A stretch of 63,330 bases of DNA, the filler included, from Stramenopiles sp. TOSAG23-2 (taxonomy: Eukaryota): the NCBI GenBank assembly GCA_900128395.1. It is 44 parts of 44 records of this genome, joined end to end, with 100 filler letters (N's around TTAATTAATTAA, not from the genome) between each part and the next. Parts side by side here need not be neighbours in the genome. Positions count along the whole stretch, not along the records: positions 1 to 1,352 come from LT653117.1; positions 1,453 to 2,804 come from LT653118.1; positions 2,905 to 4,255 come from LT653119.1; positions 4,356 to 5,706 come from LT653120.1; positions 5,807 to 7,155 come from LT653121.1; positions 7,256 to 8,604 come from LT653122.1; positions 8,705 to 10,053 come from LT653123.1; positions 10,154 to 11,501 come from LT653124.1; 36 more parts are not named here. One strand, written 5' to 3'. A model generated the notes under the pieces. The model searched no databases and was not told the origin of the DNA. It saw only the letters and a list, made by a program, of their open reading frames with translations. Below are positions 1-11,603 of this stretch, in pieces (the stretch's first letter is position 1; every line of letters begins with the position of its first letter). A program made the translations under genes and the position numbers.

Positions 1-11
1 ATCTGGGTGCG

Positions 12-1352
12 TTGATAAGTAGCAGTTCAAATCTTAATGGAGCTGTCACAAGTGGGACATATACTGACATTCCAGTGTGGCCTAGTACAGACAGTAAAGG
101 TGCACTTGCACGCTTAACTATCGTTGCTGGAAATAATGTTATCCATAGTATTACCGTAACAAACGCTGGATTTGGGTATAAAGTTGGCGATATTCTAACA
201 GTAGCTGCTGGAAGCATTCCTGGACGAACTGATGATATAACTTTCGTTTTGCAATCCGGAGATGTGGAAATTGGACCAAAGACAGACGAAGGGGAGCCTT
301 GGTGTGCATTTGAGACTAAAAATGATTATCCAACTAGGAAAGTTTTGTGCAAAGATCAAATACAAGCATCGTTGGGTGGTTGGCTAGCCCATGGAAGAGT
401 ACACACAGTAAAAGAAGGCGATGCACTACTTTCAAAGTTAGTTCCTCCTGAAGGCAAACATTGTCTTGCACTTGGTCCAGATAGCTCATATATTTCTCAA
501 AAAATATTAACACATTTCAAAGGCGATGATGCAAATCTGCGTGAGGTAACAATATCGTTTTCAGCAGCAAGCCGACCAGGAACTGGTACTAACACAGCTT
601 TAAGCGTTCTTGTAAATGATAACACCGTTTTTGGTCCGTATAATCCACCTGAGTCATTTTTTGAAGAAATTGACTTTTCGGTTACTGTAACGACGGCTGA
701 TTTGAATATAACATTTGTAAATAGTGGAATGGTAGGTTCAAATTTTGTTTTTATTGATAATATTAATCCTATGTCTTTTGAACCACAAGAATCGTATGGC
801 GAAGTTTTTGATCGACCTGCAACTCAAAGCTTGCGTTTACCTTTATCTGATCATGAAGTAGTAACCTCTATGTTGCCATTGTGGGGTGGTCGTCGTTCCT
901 TTTCCAAGTTCTTTGATGATATGAAAAATGGTAATGAAATTGACACTCCAGATCATTGGCAATCATCAGATACAAATACGATTTTCCCAAGTGCTATGGA
1001 ACGATTAGCATTTGGATATTCAGGCGGTAAATATGATTATTTTGAGATGTCAACTAAATTTGATTCAGCTGATCAAGTGTCTCCATGCAGCACTAGCAAT
1101 GCGGGTATCTCCGCCAACTTCGGAGATTTAGGGATTAAAAGATGTTGCACGATGCATGGGCCATTTTATCAACAAGAAGGCTCTTTGCTTCAACTTGTAG
1201 ATGTGCCTCATAATGGAACCGTCGCAATAAGAGTTCGGCTTAGATTATTTGCAGTAGGACAGTGGAATGCCAATGATAAAGCATATGTATATGTTGCACC
1301 TGGAAATAATATTGGTGATCAACAACCTTTGTCGTCTACTAAGGTATTGGTA
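12..1352 (+). CDS. Internal fragment of a large extracellular mosaic protein (phage-structural-like beta module plus DUF642/CBM-like module)
   Basis: Open across the contig. Motifs GTYTDIPV...SITVTNAGFGYKVGDILTV and YISQ...ISFSAASRP...ITFVN...VFIDNI. Confidence 0.6.
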
Positions 1353-1452
1353 NNNNNNNNNNNNNNNNNNNNNNNNNNNNNNNNNNNNNNNNNNNNTTAA
1401 TTAATTAANNNNNNNNNNNNNNNNNNNNNNNNNNNNNNNNNNNNNNNNNNNN
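1353..1452. other. Artificial contig-joining spacer N44-TTAATTAATTAA-N44 (first of 43; the last is 61902-62001)
   Basis: Identical 100-bp spacer roughly every 1.43-1.45 kb. It has stops in all six frames, ORFs are cut at it, and contig lengths fall steadily from 1352 to 1329 bp. Confidence 0.98.
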
Positions 1453-1507
1453 ATTGTTAATAATATTGTTTGCATGTTGTATTTGTTTTTGTTTTAAATG
1501 AATGAAC

Positions 1508-1527
1508 GTGTGTGTGTGTGTGTGTGT
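1508..1527 (+). repeat. (GT)10 microsatellite
   Basis: Read directly from the sequence. Confidence 0.9.
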
Positions 1528-1985
1528 AACTTGTTATTGAATATCTATCTCTCCATCTATTTTGTTTTTATATATAAATATTATTTTCAAACCGGGTGTG
1601 ATGGCACTCTGGCTCGCTGACCAGCTGTGATGCTGCTACTACTATTTTCAAAATATAGTAGTCTTATAATAGTAGCAATAATACATGGCATTGATTAGAA
1701 AGGCGGCTATCCCATATATCATACACACATTCTGTATTAAAGATGCAAATATAAAATAATAATATCCATCTTTTACTTACCCCAACTCTATCCCGTACCA
1801 CGCATGATTATATATATGATTAATAATAGATATTATCTTCTATCGATGATACATATTATTATTTGAATTTATTATTGGAATAAGTACTGTATATATTAAC
1901 ATTACAGATATATTTAGATGCATACATACATACATATAGAGAGATTAATAAATAAAGAATATTTTATTACATTACAAAATTAATC

Positions 1986-2804
1986 ATGAAATTATTATAT
2001 ATTTGTATTCTTGCGACTGTTATTGTTACAGCAATTTTATCACAACAAACTGAAGCTGTTCGTAGGTTGAAACGACAACATTTAAATTCTATTGTTGGTA
2101 AAGCTGTGAAACAAATTCTTGATGATAAAGAAGAAGGAGACGGCGTAGGTACCCGCAAGTTAGGTGTAACGAAAGCGGGTCTTTTAGGAGATGTAGCATT
2201 GACGGTAGTTTCAGGTTTTGCAACACAGGAAAATGGTAAGGATGTAGGCACTGCTGGTGAGACAAGAAATGTTGGTGAAAATATATATGGACCATTTGAA
2301 GCTGGTTTTGGTACGGCACAGGATATGGTCATAACTGGACAGTTAGGTTGTAATAAAGGTACAAGTTTGTGCTATTCTGAAGGTGGTACCGATGTGACAA
2401 TTGCTGAGAAAATATGTGCATATAATTGCAATATCAGTCTTCCAAGAACCGAAGGAGGTAAATATTATGGATTTCTAGATAATTGTGGTGGGCATACTAA
2501 AGATTACCATTATCATAAAGAATTAGGTTGTTTATATACCACAGCAGCAAATTCAAAACATTCTATCAGAGTAGCTGAAGTTAAGGCAAGTTCATCTGTT
2601 GGTGGGCCAGGTGGCACTGAAAAAGGCGGTGGATCTAGTGGCGGCGGTGGTAGTGGCGGCGGTGGTAGTGGTGGTCCAACTTGCTCGGATAATTCAACAC
2701 CAAAATGCCCTGATGGTTCTGCATTGAAAAAAACGCATCCTCCATGTACAGGGAAACCAGTTTGTGATGATGGTTCTGAAGCTACGAAGCCAAGTAGAAG
2801 ACGT
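1986..2804 (+). CDS. Secreted YHYH-motif protein with Gly-rich linker and CxDGS repeats (3' partial)
   Basis: Signal peptide MKLLYICILATVIVTAILS; LDNCGGHTKDYHYH; GGGGS linker; CSDNSTPKCPDGS and CDDGS. Confidence 0.7.
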
Positions 2805-2906
2805 NNNNNNNNNNNNNNNNNNNNNNNNNNNNNNNNNNNNNNNNNNNNTTAATTAATTAANNNNNNNNNNNNNNNNNNNNNNNNNNNNNNNNNNNNNNNN
2901 NNNNGT

Positions 2907-3332
2907 TCACATACAGTTCCGCATGAAAAGATTAGATGCACCATACCAGAAGGTATTGGACGTTCCCTTGATTGGAAAGTAGTTGTTGATAAACAACCAT
3001 CCGTTCGACCAACAACAAGTTATGGGAAACCAGAAATATACTTTATTACCCATGTAAGCAACACGACAAATGCAAAGCAAAGCGGGATTAGTATTGTTAA
3101 TGCCCATACTAGCGGCGGTGAAGAAATTAGAATTGTAGGAAAAAATTTTGGTGCATATATTGAATACCTTGAAGGTGTTTGGTATGGATGTAAAGGTGCA
3201 CTTACTTATAAATTTCAAAATTGTGTTTTAGAAAAGCCACATACCCAACTACGTTGTGAAACACCACCTGGAGTTGGTTCGTACTTGGATTTAATTATTG
3301 CTGTTGGTGGGCAAACGCAAGATTTAGCATGA
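2907..3332 (+). CDS. IPT/TIG-repeat surface protein, first part (absent from the ORF track because it has no start codon)
   Basis: Hand translation: IRCTIPEGIGRSLDWKVVVD...HTSGGEEIRIVGKNFG...LRCETPPGVGSYLDLIIAVGGQ, ending at TGA 3330-3332. Confidence 0.75.
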   Translation, partial: SHTVPHEKIRCTIPEGIGRSLDWKVVVDKQPSVRPTTSYGKPEIYFITHVSNTTNAKQSGISIVNAHTSGGEEIRIVGKNFGAYIEYLEGVWYGCKGALTYKFQNCVLEKPHTQLRCETPPGVGSYLDLIIAVGGQTQDLA

Positions 3333-4255
3333 AACAAACCCTTTATTAGGCGGTACTACGTATGGACAATATTCTTTCAAGATACATGGTAAATATTTAG
3401 GTACAATCGGTTTTGCAAGCAGTCCTGTTTCTAAACGACTTGTTCATATCATATTTGAAAGTGGGAGTACCAATAATAACTTTGAAGTTTTTGGAAAGGA
3501 TGTTCTTTATTCATCTGAGAGTAACGAAGTTGTCGAATTCAATATACCTGAGGGGCAAGGGCAACGCATTCGAGTAAAAATTCGCCATACTGCAATGCCT
3601 AATTCAAACCAATGTATGTCAGAAAGTGAATCTCTTTATTATTCTTACAAAGATCCAATGATTTCTAGAATTAAAGCGAGTCCAAATAGAACAACTGTGG
3701 TTGATAATAAATTTCCTGTTGTCTTATCTATGTACGGAGAAAATGTGGGCGATGATGGTATATATCCAAACCCAGTTGGCGTCTTTGATAACGGCGGTAG
3801 TTTTGGCAAAGCAAGTTCAATTGGAAGTGGAAATAGCTTAAAACTAAATAAAGTGGGTATTTATCGTGGAGTAGACCGCTTGTTGCACGCTGGAAATCTT
3901 ACAGTTAGTATCCAAAGTACGCAAACGTCTTGTGCCGCAAAATCGTATAGTCATAATAAAATTGTTTGTGACGTATCATTCCCAAGCGGGACGGAAATTA
4001 TTGGAGCTGCTATTGTCTGGGTTGGCTGGAATAATGCCATTAACTCACCATACAATAGTGGAGCGAATTGGTGGGTATATTCTACTGCAACAAATTGGAT
4101 CAAGGTAACCCACGATGAATATAACTTTCTTGAAGGAAAGTTTGGATTCGAAAATCGAGGAAAGTGTGATAAAGACAATTGTATTTGTACGTATTCCACT
4201 CAAAATCCAGTAACCTATATTCTGCCATCAAATATTTCAAAAACCATTTCATCTG
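3328..4255 (+). CDS. IPT/TIG-repeat surface protein, second part (different frame)
   Basis: Frame is open from 3328: GGTTYGQYSFKIHGKYLG...EFNIPEGQG...YYSYKDPMISRI...SYSHNKIVC. Confidence 0.7.
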
Positions 4256-4355
4256 NNNNNNNNNNNNNNNNNNNNNNNNNNNNNNNNNNNNNNNNNNNNT
4301 TAATTAATTAANNNNNNNNNNNNNNNNNNNNNNNNNNNNNNNNNNNNNNNNNNNN

Positions 4356-5706
4356 AGCTTTTCGTTTGAGGAAGGTGGGCGACGTGCAGCGTGGAACATG
4401 TCGATGAATCCATTGCGTTGGGACGTAGTTGGTTTTCGTGGTGCACCGGATAAAGATACGGCTGATGTTGACTGTATAGGGTTCTATGGACGTAAATTAT
4501 TTTTCGGTGAAGGATTAGTCGTTCAAAGTCCATGTGATGTTTCAAAATATTTGGAACTTCAAATGCCTACGGAAGATGATGTTTTACATGCAGATGATTT
4601 ACCTACGTTTAACGATACACTAAGTAGGGAAGAAGCGGAACTTTTGTTTTCATTTTTGACGGTTGATTACGTTCGATTACCATTGTTGCTAAATTTTTTT
4701 GCTGATAAAGACCGTGTTACATATTTATTTAATGCGGAACTTCAAAACCTTTTAAAAGGTATTTTATTTGAAGGTGGGCCATGGGTACCAGATTGGGAAT
4801 TACAACCTATCAAACGAGTTCCTGAACGACGAACATATAAACAAACTGTAAAAGAAGNNNNNNNNNNNNNNNNNNNNNNNNNNNNNNNNNNNNNNNNNNN
4901 NNNNNNNNNNNNNNNNNNNNNNNNNNNNNNNNNNNNNNNNNNNNNNNNNNNNNNNNNNNNNNNNNNNNNNNNNNNNCTGTAAAAGAAGAACGAGATCGTT
5001 TCTTGCGCGCAGAGCTACCTCCAAATAGAGAATTGTTAGGTACGAGTTCTGGTCTATTGATGAATGAGTTAATACATGCACCAGATGCGGTATTAAATCC
5101 AATTTTAAGAATGTTGTATTCGATAGAAGAATTAACTAAATCTGCAGTACACTCCCCAGATGCAACTTTCATTCTATATATGATATCTTTAATTTTTGAT
5201 GTTCAAAAATATATTAATTATGTAATAGGTAAAAATAATGTAAAAGATAGTAGTAATAGTAATAAAAACATGGCAGAAAAAATTTCAACATTGTTAGAAT
5301 ATAAAGACAAATTTCAAGCTTTTATGGAAACTACGGTTGCTAATGTCCTTAAGCGTTGGTGTGACGAGGCAGAGAATTTAAATGATATGCCAACTGCGTG
5401 TGTCATCCACGCGTATAATGCGATTTTATGGAGCCAATCAATTGACCAAGAAAATTCTGCTGCCATTAGTGAGGATTTAATAGTGAATGTGTTAGGCTCA
5501 TTGACTTTTGTCCGCAACTGGCATGGTTTTGGTATGGGTTTACTACGGTCTAATTTTGATAATACAACGGAGCCAATTGATCGATTGATTCGCTTTCTTC
5601 AAGCTCATGGTATTGATACATCTCGAACAGATCGAAAATCACTTGCAAAGTGGACAACAGGTGGGCGTCCATTGTATTTACGGGTTGGCAGAGAAGTTGT
5701 ACGCGC
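4356..5706 (+). CDS. Internal fragment of a giant protist protein, possibly DUF3638/DUF3645-associated; the internal N gap is spurious
   Basis: EDDVLHADDLPTF...ELLFSFLTVDYVRLPLLLNFFA...ELQNLLKGILFEGGPW. CTGTAAAAGAAG occurs on both sides of the gap 4858-4976, and merging gives continuous KQTVKEERDRFLRAELPP. Confidence 0.55.
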
Positions 5707-5806
5707 NNNNNNNNNNNNNNNNNNNNNNNNNNNNNNNNNNNNNNNNNNNNTTAATTAATTAANNNNNNNNNNNNNNNNNNNNNNNNNNNNNNNNNNNNNN
5801 NNNNNN

Positions 5807-7154
5807 GTCTTCTACATTGACAACTTCATCCATATTATTGTTTGAATCGCCCATCATCGTGTTGTTGTTATTGCCACCTGTAACACCTTCGTTTCTTAAA
5901 CGGTTCAATTTTTCTTCAATTTTGCCTTTGTTTGTATTGTCTTTTTCAGTTTTCTTTTCTAAGCTTTTGACCCTTGTTTGTAGCTCTTGTGTTTTAGCAT
6001 TGAAACTGGATACCAAGTTATTTACACTGATGTCATTCGATGATGGCAATGTGATAATATCTATCAAGTTTTTTTTACAATTTAAAATCGTTTCAATATT
6101 TTTTAAATCTTCGTCTACATTCTTTTCACCATCTATGATCGCTTTTCTTTTGGATTCAAAATGTGCTTCGTCAAAATTGAGTTTGCCAACTTCTATTTTC
6201 TTTTCGCTAATTTTCTCATCAGTACAATCATCAAAGTCGATTTTTCCTATTTTTGCGTATTCAAGGAAATTTTGTTGATATTTAAGTTCATCTTCCATTC
6301 TTTTGATTTCTTTTGGAAAAGCTTCTGTTTGTCTAGCTATGTCTTGAAGCTGTGGAGTTAACTCCTGTGTTCTTCGATTTAGCAAACCTCGTACATGTTC
6401 AGCAGTACGATTCTGTGGTTCAATTGGTGTACACAGCAAATCGTTTTTTTGTGTTATGTATTCACTAATAGTACCTAAGAATTTGTCTTTGGCTTCTCGG
6501 CAAGCATCCAGAATTTTTTTCCTCTGCTTTCAAGTCATTCTTGCTCTCCTGTTCTAGCTTCTTCAAATTTTTAATTTGTTCATCAAAATTGTCGAAAGTT
6601 TCTTTCATTTTCTTAGGATCTCTGGTAATAAAATCCATCAAATTGGATTCCATTTCCATATTAAACATCTCATTAATTTCATGATCTCCCAGTTTTTGCA
6701 CATAGTTTGCATTACTATTAGCAAGATCTTTAACTTTTTTACGAGCTTCATCGTTTGCTGTTTTAAATTTTGCACCATGTAACATTTTCTTCAATCCTTG
6801 TGTAGTAACTTTCACTTGCCTTCTCCCATCTAATGCTAGACTAAACATTGTCTTCAATTTTACCCCATTTGAAAGTGTAGACTCAATATGACTTTCGGTG
6901 TCAACGTGGGTGTCATTCGGCACATCTCTTATCATATTGATATTACTTTGTTTTGATGGTACAAATCCTGCCGATATCCCAATGCTGTTCATAAAAGCAT
7001 TCTTCCCGCTCATGTTTGTACCATATAAAAGGTTTACTGCTCCGAGTTCCTCTAGCTTCTTCTCTTCAACATGATTAGATACATTTTTTAATGTAATTTC
7101 ATTTAACTTGAAACCACTGTCATTTGAAACAGTAACTGCGCTACTGCTCGATTT
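5807..7154 (-). CDS. SMC/Rad50/SbcC-like N-terminal ATPase half plus coiled coil, split by a one-base frameshift (ORFs 6465-7013 and 5759-6439)
   Basis: FKLNEITLKNVSNH...VNLLYGTNMSGKNAFMNSIGISAG followed by coiled coil. Removing one base from the T7 run at 6514-6520 fuses the two ORFs. Confidence 0.6.
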
Positions 7155-7631
7155 GNNNNNNNNNNNNNNNNNNNNNNNNNNNNNNNNNNNNNNNNNNNNT
7201 TAATTAATTAANNNNNNNNNNNNNNNNNNNNNNNNNNNNNNNNNNNNNNNNNNNNTGTGTGGACATTCATTTTATTACAAAAATGTACGTATAATATATT
7301 TTAAAATTTACGAAGAGTATTAATATATGATATATCTATAGAGTAATATTTTTTTTTACGTGGTGGTGTGGTCTCCCTGCTGTCCATCAAGTATTACTGT
7401 AGGGTTTATAGCATCATCATAGCATTGTATAATGGCCTATATAAATATTATAAAAAACACGACTCGTATTATTATGAGTTGCAGTAAACTTACACACACA
7501 ATAACAAATACCCAAGAAAAAAAAAAACCAAAAGAAAACATGGAAAGAGAGAAATAACTATAAATCAAAATAACCTATATATATATCCATCAACGTAAAA
7601 TTATTTAAAATAATATCAAAAACTAAGCATT

Positions 7632-7919
7632 ATGAGCGCATTACGTAGAAAACGCGCCTCTTTGTATATCGAAGCGCAACGTAGAACAGAGTTTGAAAGG
7701 CATATTTTAACACAATTTGATGCTATGACCGGTCATTTACGATATCGTCAATATTTAGCTGATTATCCGGAACGTATTCCGCCTAAGAGTAATTCTGTTG
7801 TACCATATCGCTTTAGTGAACGATTTCCGGTTTACAATAACGAAGATATTGGTAATCAAGAAGGTGCTAATATGTGTCGAGCTTTCATTAATTCGCTTAG
7901 GATTGATCTAGAAACGTAA
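7632..7919 (+). CDS. Hypothetical 95-aa protein
   Basis: Complete ATG-TAA ORF, clearly more GC-rich than its AT-rich flanks; no family recognised. Confidence 0.5.
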   Translation: MSALRRKRASLYIEAQRRTEFERHILTQFDAMTGHLRYRQYLADYPERIPPKSNSVVPYRFSERFPVYNNEDIGNQEGANMCRAFINSLRIDLET

Positions 7920-8092
7920 CTCAAAAATAATACGGTTTGAACATTGGTAAAATAAAATGTAAAAAATAACACAAAAAATATAATTGTATTGACATACTGA
8001 ATGATAAATACTGATTATAAATCTTGTATTTAAATGTATTTAAATGGTACACGCGAGTAATACAAAAGCGATATTTGTTAATCGTATTTTTC

Positions 8093-8604
8093 GAACACGA
8101 CTATCGCACTACGTATATGTTATATATGTCGACTAAATTTATATTTTTATATAATATATATAAAAATAATGTAAGAAAGTTCTCTTCAAATATACTCTTA
8201 ATATAAAATATAAAATTAATCATTTTTTTATTTTTAAAATATATAAAAATCATTTTTTAAAACTTTTTTGATTTTAAAATCGTAAAATAAGAACACACAC
8301 ACACATACGTACATACAAATTATTCCTCGATATGTTGATCAATATCTTCAAAATACATGATAAGAACACGACTATCGCACTACGTATATGTTATATATGT
8401 CGACTAAATTTATATTTTTACGAGTATAAAAATAATGTGTAAAGAAAGTTCTCTTCAAATATACTCTCTTATATAAAAATATAAAATCATTTTTTAAAAA
8501 CTTTTTTGATTTTAAAATCGTAGAATAAGAACACACACACACATTAACATACATACAAATTATTCCTCGATATGTTGATCAATATCTTCAAAATACATGA
8601 TAAG
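8093..8604 (+). repeat. Imperfect tandem duplication (8093-8364 and 8364-8604)
   Basis: Both units start GAACACGACTATCGCACTACG and end AATATCTTCAAAATACATGATAAG; they differ by substitutions and indels. Confidence 0.9.
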
Positions 8605-8704
8605 NNNNNNNNNNNNNNNNNNNNNNNNNNNNNNNNNNNNNNNNNNNNTTAATTAATTAANNNNNNNNNNNNNNNNNNNNNNNNNNNNNNNNNNNNNNNN
8701 NNNN

Positions 8705-9338
8705 TATAATGAATGATAAGGAGGCATCAACAATTGCTAAATTGTGAAAAGAGCTATGTCATAAATACGATCCGTACAACAAAGTAATTACCATACGTGG
8801 TTGCTAACTTTTTCGTACGAATGTTGTATTTTATAAAATTAAAAATAGAATACGTAGATGATACACGTGTTTGTACTTTTTTTTTATTGCAACCAAATTT
8901 CAGATGCATCAGTACGAGAAGTACAAACTCGTATACGAACATACGTATTCGTACATACTATCATACATAGACGACACTATTCTCAACAATTCCCACCCCC
9001 TCACCCCCGTTTCTTCCTTAAAACTTTTCGATACCATCGTTGTAAATAAACAACTGCACATAATCTTTTATAATATAATGAATGATAAGGAGGCATCAAC
9101 AATTGCTAAATTGTGAAAAGAGCTATGTGTCATAAATACGATCTGTACAACAAACTAATTACCATTACATTTTTTATTTCCAAATTTCAGATGCATCAGT
9201 ATGAGAAGTACAAACTCGTATACATACTACATAGACGACACTATTCTCAACAATTCCCACCCCCTCACCCCCGTTTCTTCTTTAAAACTTTTCGATACCA
9301 TCGTTGTAAATAAACAACTGCACATAATCTTTTATAAT
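8705..9338 (+). repeat. Imperfect tandem duplication (8705-9073 and 9074-9338)
   Basis: Both start TATAATGAATGATAAGGAGGC; the first unit has extra internal sequence. Confidence 0.9.
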
Positions 9339-9380
9339 TTTGAAGTGATTGTAAATATTCCAACATGACATTTAAATCTG

Positions 9381-10053
9381 TCGTATTGTTCGTTGTTGTA
9401 GGCGACGATACCGCAGTACTGTTGTTGGATTCATCTGGTTTTTCTTCATCTGTTGATGATGTAGCACTCGGTCTGTTTGTAATTTCTTCACTACTATTAT
9501 CTTGTATTACTTCTGTTACAGCCTGATTATTATCATTCCTATCATTAGAACGATTATCATTTTCAATGTTCCTAGCAGCTTGACATCGATCGAAAACAAG
9601 CTTAACGATAATTACAGTAAAAAAGAATAAAATAGAAATACCAACAATGGCTTTGTACATAGAACGTGTAATCCACGGTGTACTTGGATCAAACAATTTA
9701 CGAATAAAGTCATTCCATCGTATTGTTCGTTGTTGTAGGCGACGATACCGCAGTACTGTTGTTGGATTCATCAGGTTTTTCTTCATCTGTTGATGATGTA
9801 GCACTTGATCTGTTTGTAATTTCTTCACTATTATCATCTTGTATTACTTCTGTTACAGCCTGATTATTATCATTGCTATCATCAGAACGATTATCATTTT
9901 CAATGTTCCTAGCAGCTTGACATCGATCGTAAACAAGCTTAACGATAATTACGGTAAAAAAAAATAAAATAGAAATACCAGCAATGGCCTTGTACATGGA
10001 ACGTGTAATCCACGGTGTACTTGGATCAAACAATTTACGAATAAAGTCATTCC
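9381..10053 (-). repeat. Two near-identical 336-bp copies (9381-9716 and 9718-10053) of a segment coding a transmembrane helix and Ser/Thr/Asn-rich tail
   Basis: DFIRKLFDPSTPWITRSMYKAI(V/A)GISILFFFTVIIVKLV(F/Y)DRCQAAR appears twice with scattered substitutions. Confidence 0.85.
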
Positions 10054-10153
10054 NNNNNNNNNNNNNNNNNNNNNNNNNNNNNNNNNNNNNNNNNNNNTTA
10101 ATTAATTAANNNNNNNNNNNNNNNNNNNNNNNNNNNNNNNNNNNNNNNNNNNN

Positions 10154-10185
<32 letters not shown>

Positions 10186-10598
10186 TTTATAAAAAATATG
10201 TATATGTTTTATGCTTTTGTGCTTTTGTTGGAAATATCACTGAATTAATTATTTAGGCATTTTATTTATTCCTTTTTAAGGTATTCTAATTCTCTTTGGT
10301 AAGAGGTAAGAATGAATTAGTCTGAGAATGAATGATGGATGTAGAATAACTATTTATATATGCATAATAAAGTATATAAAATCATCATATCATATATAAA
10401 AATTTTTATTTTAAAATAATATATATATATATATTCGTGCTTTTTTAAATATATAACATATATATGATGCTATACATGTCCATCATATATTTATATACAT
10501 GATAAATTTAACCACTCCAATGTTTGTCATTATAATATATCCTTCCTTTCGTGTTGCATCATCTCTGATATATTATACATATATATGATCTTAGCTCG

Positions 10599-11387
10599 TC
10601 ATCCTTGCAACGAAGATTCAACACGTTTAATCAATTCTTTTTTATTGCCTTGAGTGGACAATCCAAGCTTTTTTAAAACATGTTTCAAATCATTTGGTTT
10701 CATTTTTTTAATTGTTTTCTTATCAAGTTTAGTTAGGTCAATATCATCAGCATTTGATTTCTTTTTGCCTTTTTTTTTCTGATTTTTAGCATCTTTTTCT
10801 TTTTTCAATTGTGCAGCTTTTTCTTTCAAACGTATTTTTTCCAATTTCTTTTCTTCCGCTTCTTTCTTTTTCGCTTCACGTAATATTTTTAAATCCTCCA
10901 ATCGTTTTTGTTCCTCCAACAGTCTCAATTCAGCAGCTGTTAAATTTTCGTCTTTTGGATTTGAAGATAATAATTCGATTTGAAAGATCAAGGAATCGCC
11001 AGGCAAAATGTCTGGTGCCATGCCTTTCCCTTTACTGCCTTCTTGGCCGTATGCGTAATTACTTGTCAAAATAAATTTGGAAATTTCACCAACCTGCATA
11101 GATAATACTGCAATATCAAAGCCTTTCACTACTTGGCCTTTCCCGACTTGAAATTTAAAAGCTGATGAATATGCGGTACTGTCAAATTCTTCACCATTTC
11201 TTTCTAAGAATCCAGTGTAATTGACGGTACACATTTCACCATTTTTCACCTTTTCACCGCCATCTTTCTCATCTGCGGTATGACGTAAGATAATTTTCTT
11301 TACACCATCATCTGGTGTAATAGATACAAAGTTTAAATCGTTTAACTCATCATTATTATTATTATTTTCACTAGTTAACGAGGTCAT
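10599..11387 (-). CDS. FKBP-type peptidyl-prolyl isomerase with coiled coil and C-terminal SAP domain
   Basis: VNYTGFLE..GEEFDST..FKFQVGKGQVVKGFD..AYGQEG..LIFQIEL; SAP motif KKMKPNDLKHVLKKLGLSTQGNKKELIKRV. Confidence 0.9.
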   Translation of the reverse strand: MTSLTSENNNNNDELNDLNFVSITPDDGVKKIILRHTADEKDGGEKVKNGEMCTVNYTGFLERNGEEFDSTAYSSAFKFQVGKGQVVKGFDIAVLSMQVGEISKFILTSNYAYGQEGSKGKGMAPDILPGDSLIFQIELLSSNPKDENLTAAELRLLEEQKRLEDLKILREAKKKEAEEKKLEKIRLKEKAAQLKKEKDAKNQKKKGKKKSNADDIDLTKLDKKTIKKMKPNDLKHVLKKLGLSTQGNKKELIKRVESSLQG

Positions 11388-11603
11388 AAAAAAATAAATA
11401 TATATAGTATGTTGTTGCTTTTTATATTTTTGGATGTTTTTGTGTTATATATATATTGAAAGAAAGTATAATATACAATATATCTATTGATATCTCATCA
11501 ANNNNNNNNNNNNNNNNNNNNNNNNNNNNNNNNNNNNNNNNNNNNTTAATTAATTAANNNNNNNNNNNNNNNNNNNNNNNNNNNNNNNNNNNNNNNNNNN
11601 NAA

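Noticed and set aside
10154-10184. T31 run as the poly(A) tail of the FKBP mRNA or a retrocopy
   Set aside because: The orientation fits, but other contigs contain divergent promoters and a tRNA gene with flanks, so the data are genomic. A homopolymer breaking the assembly is simpler.
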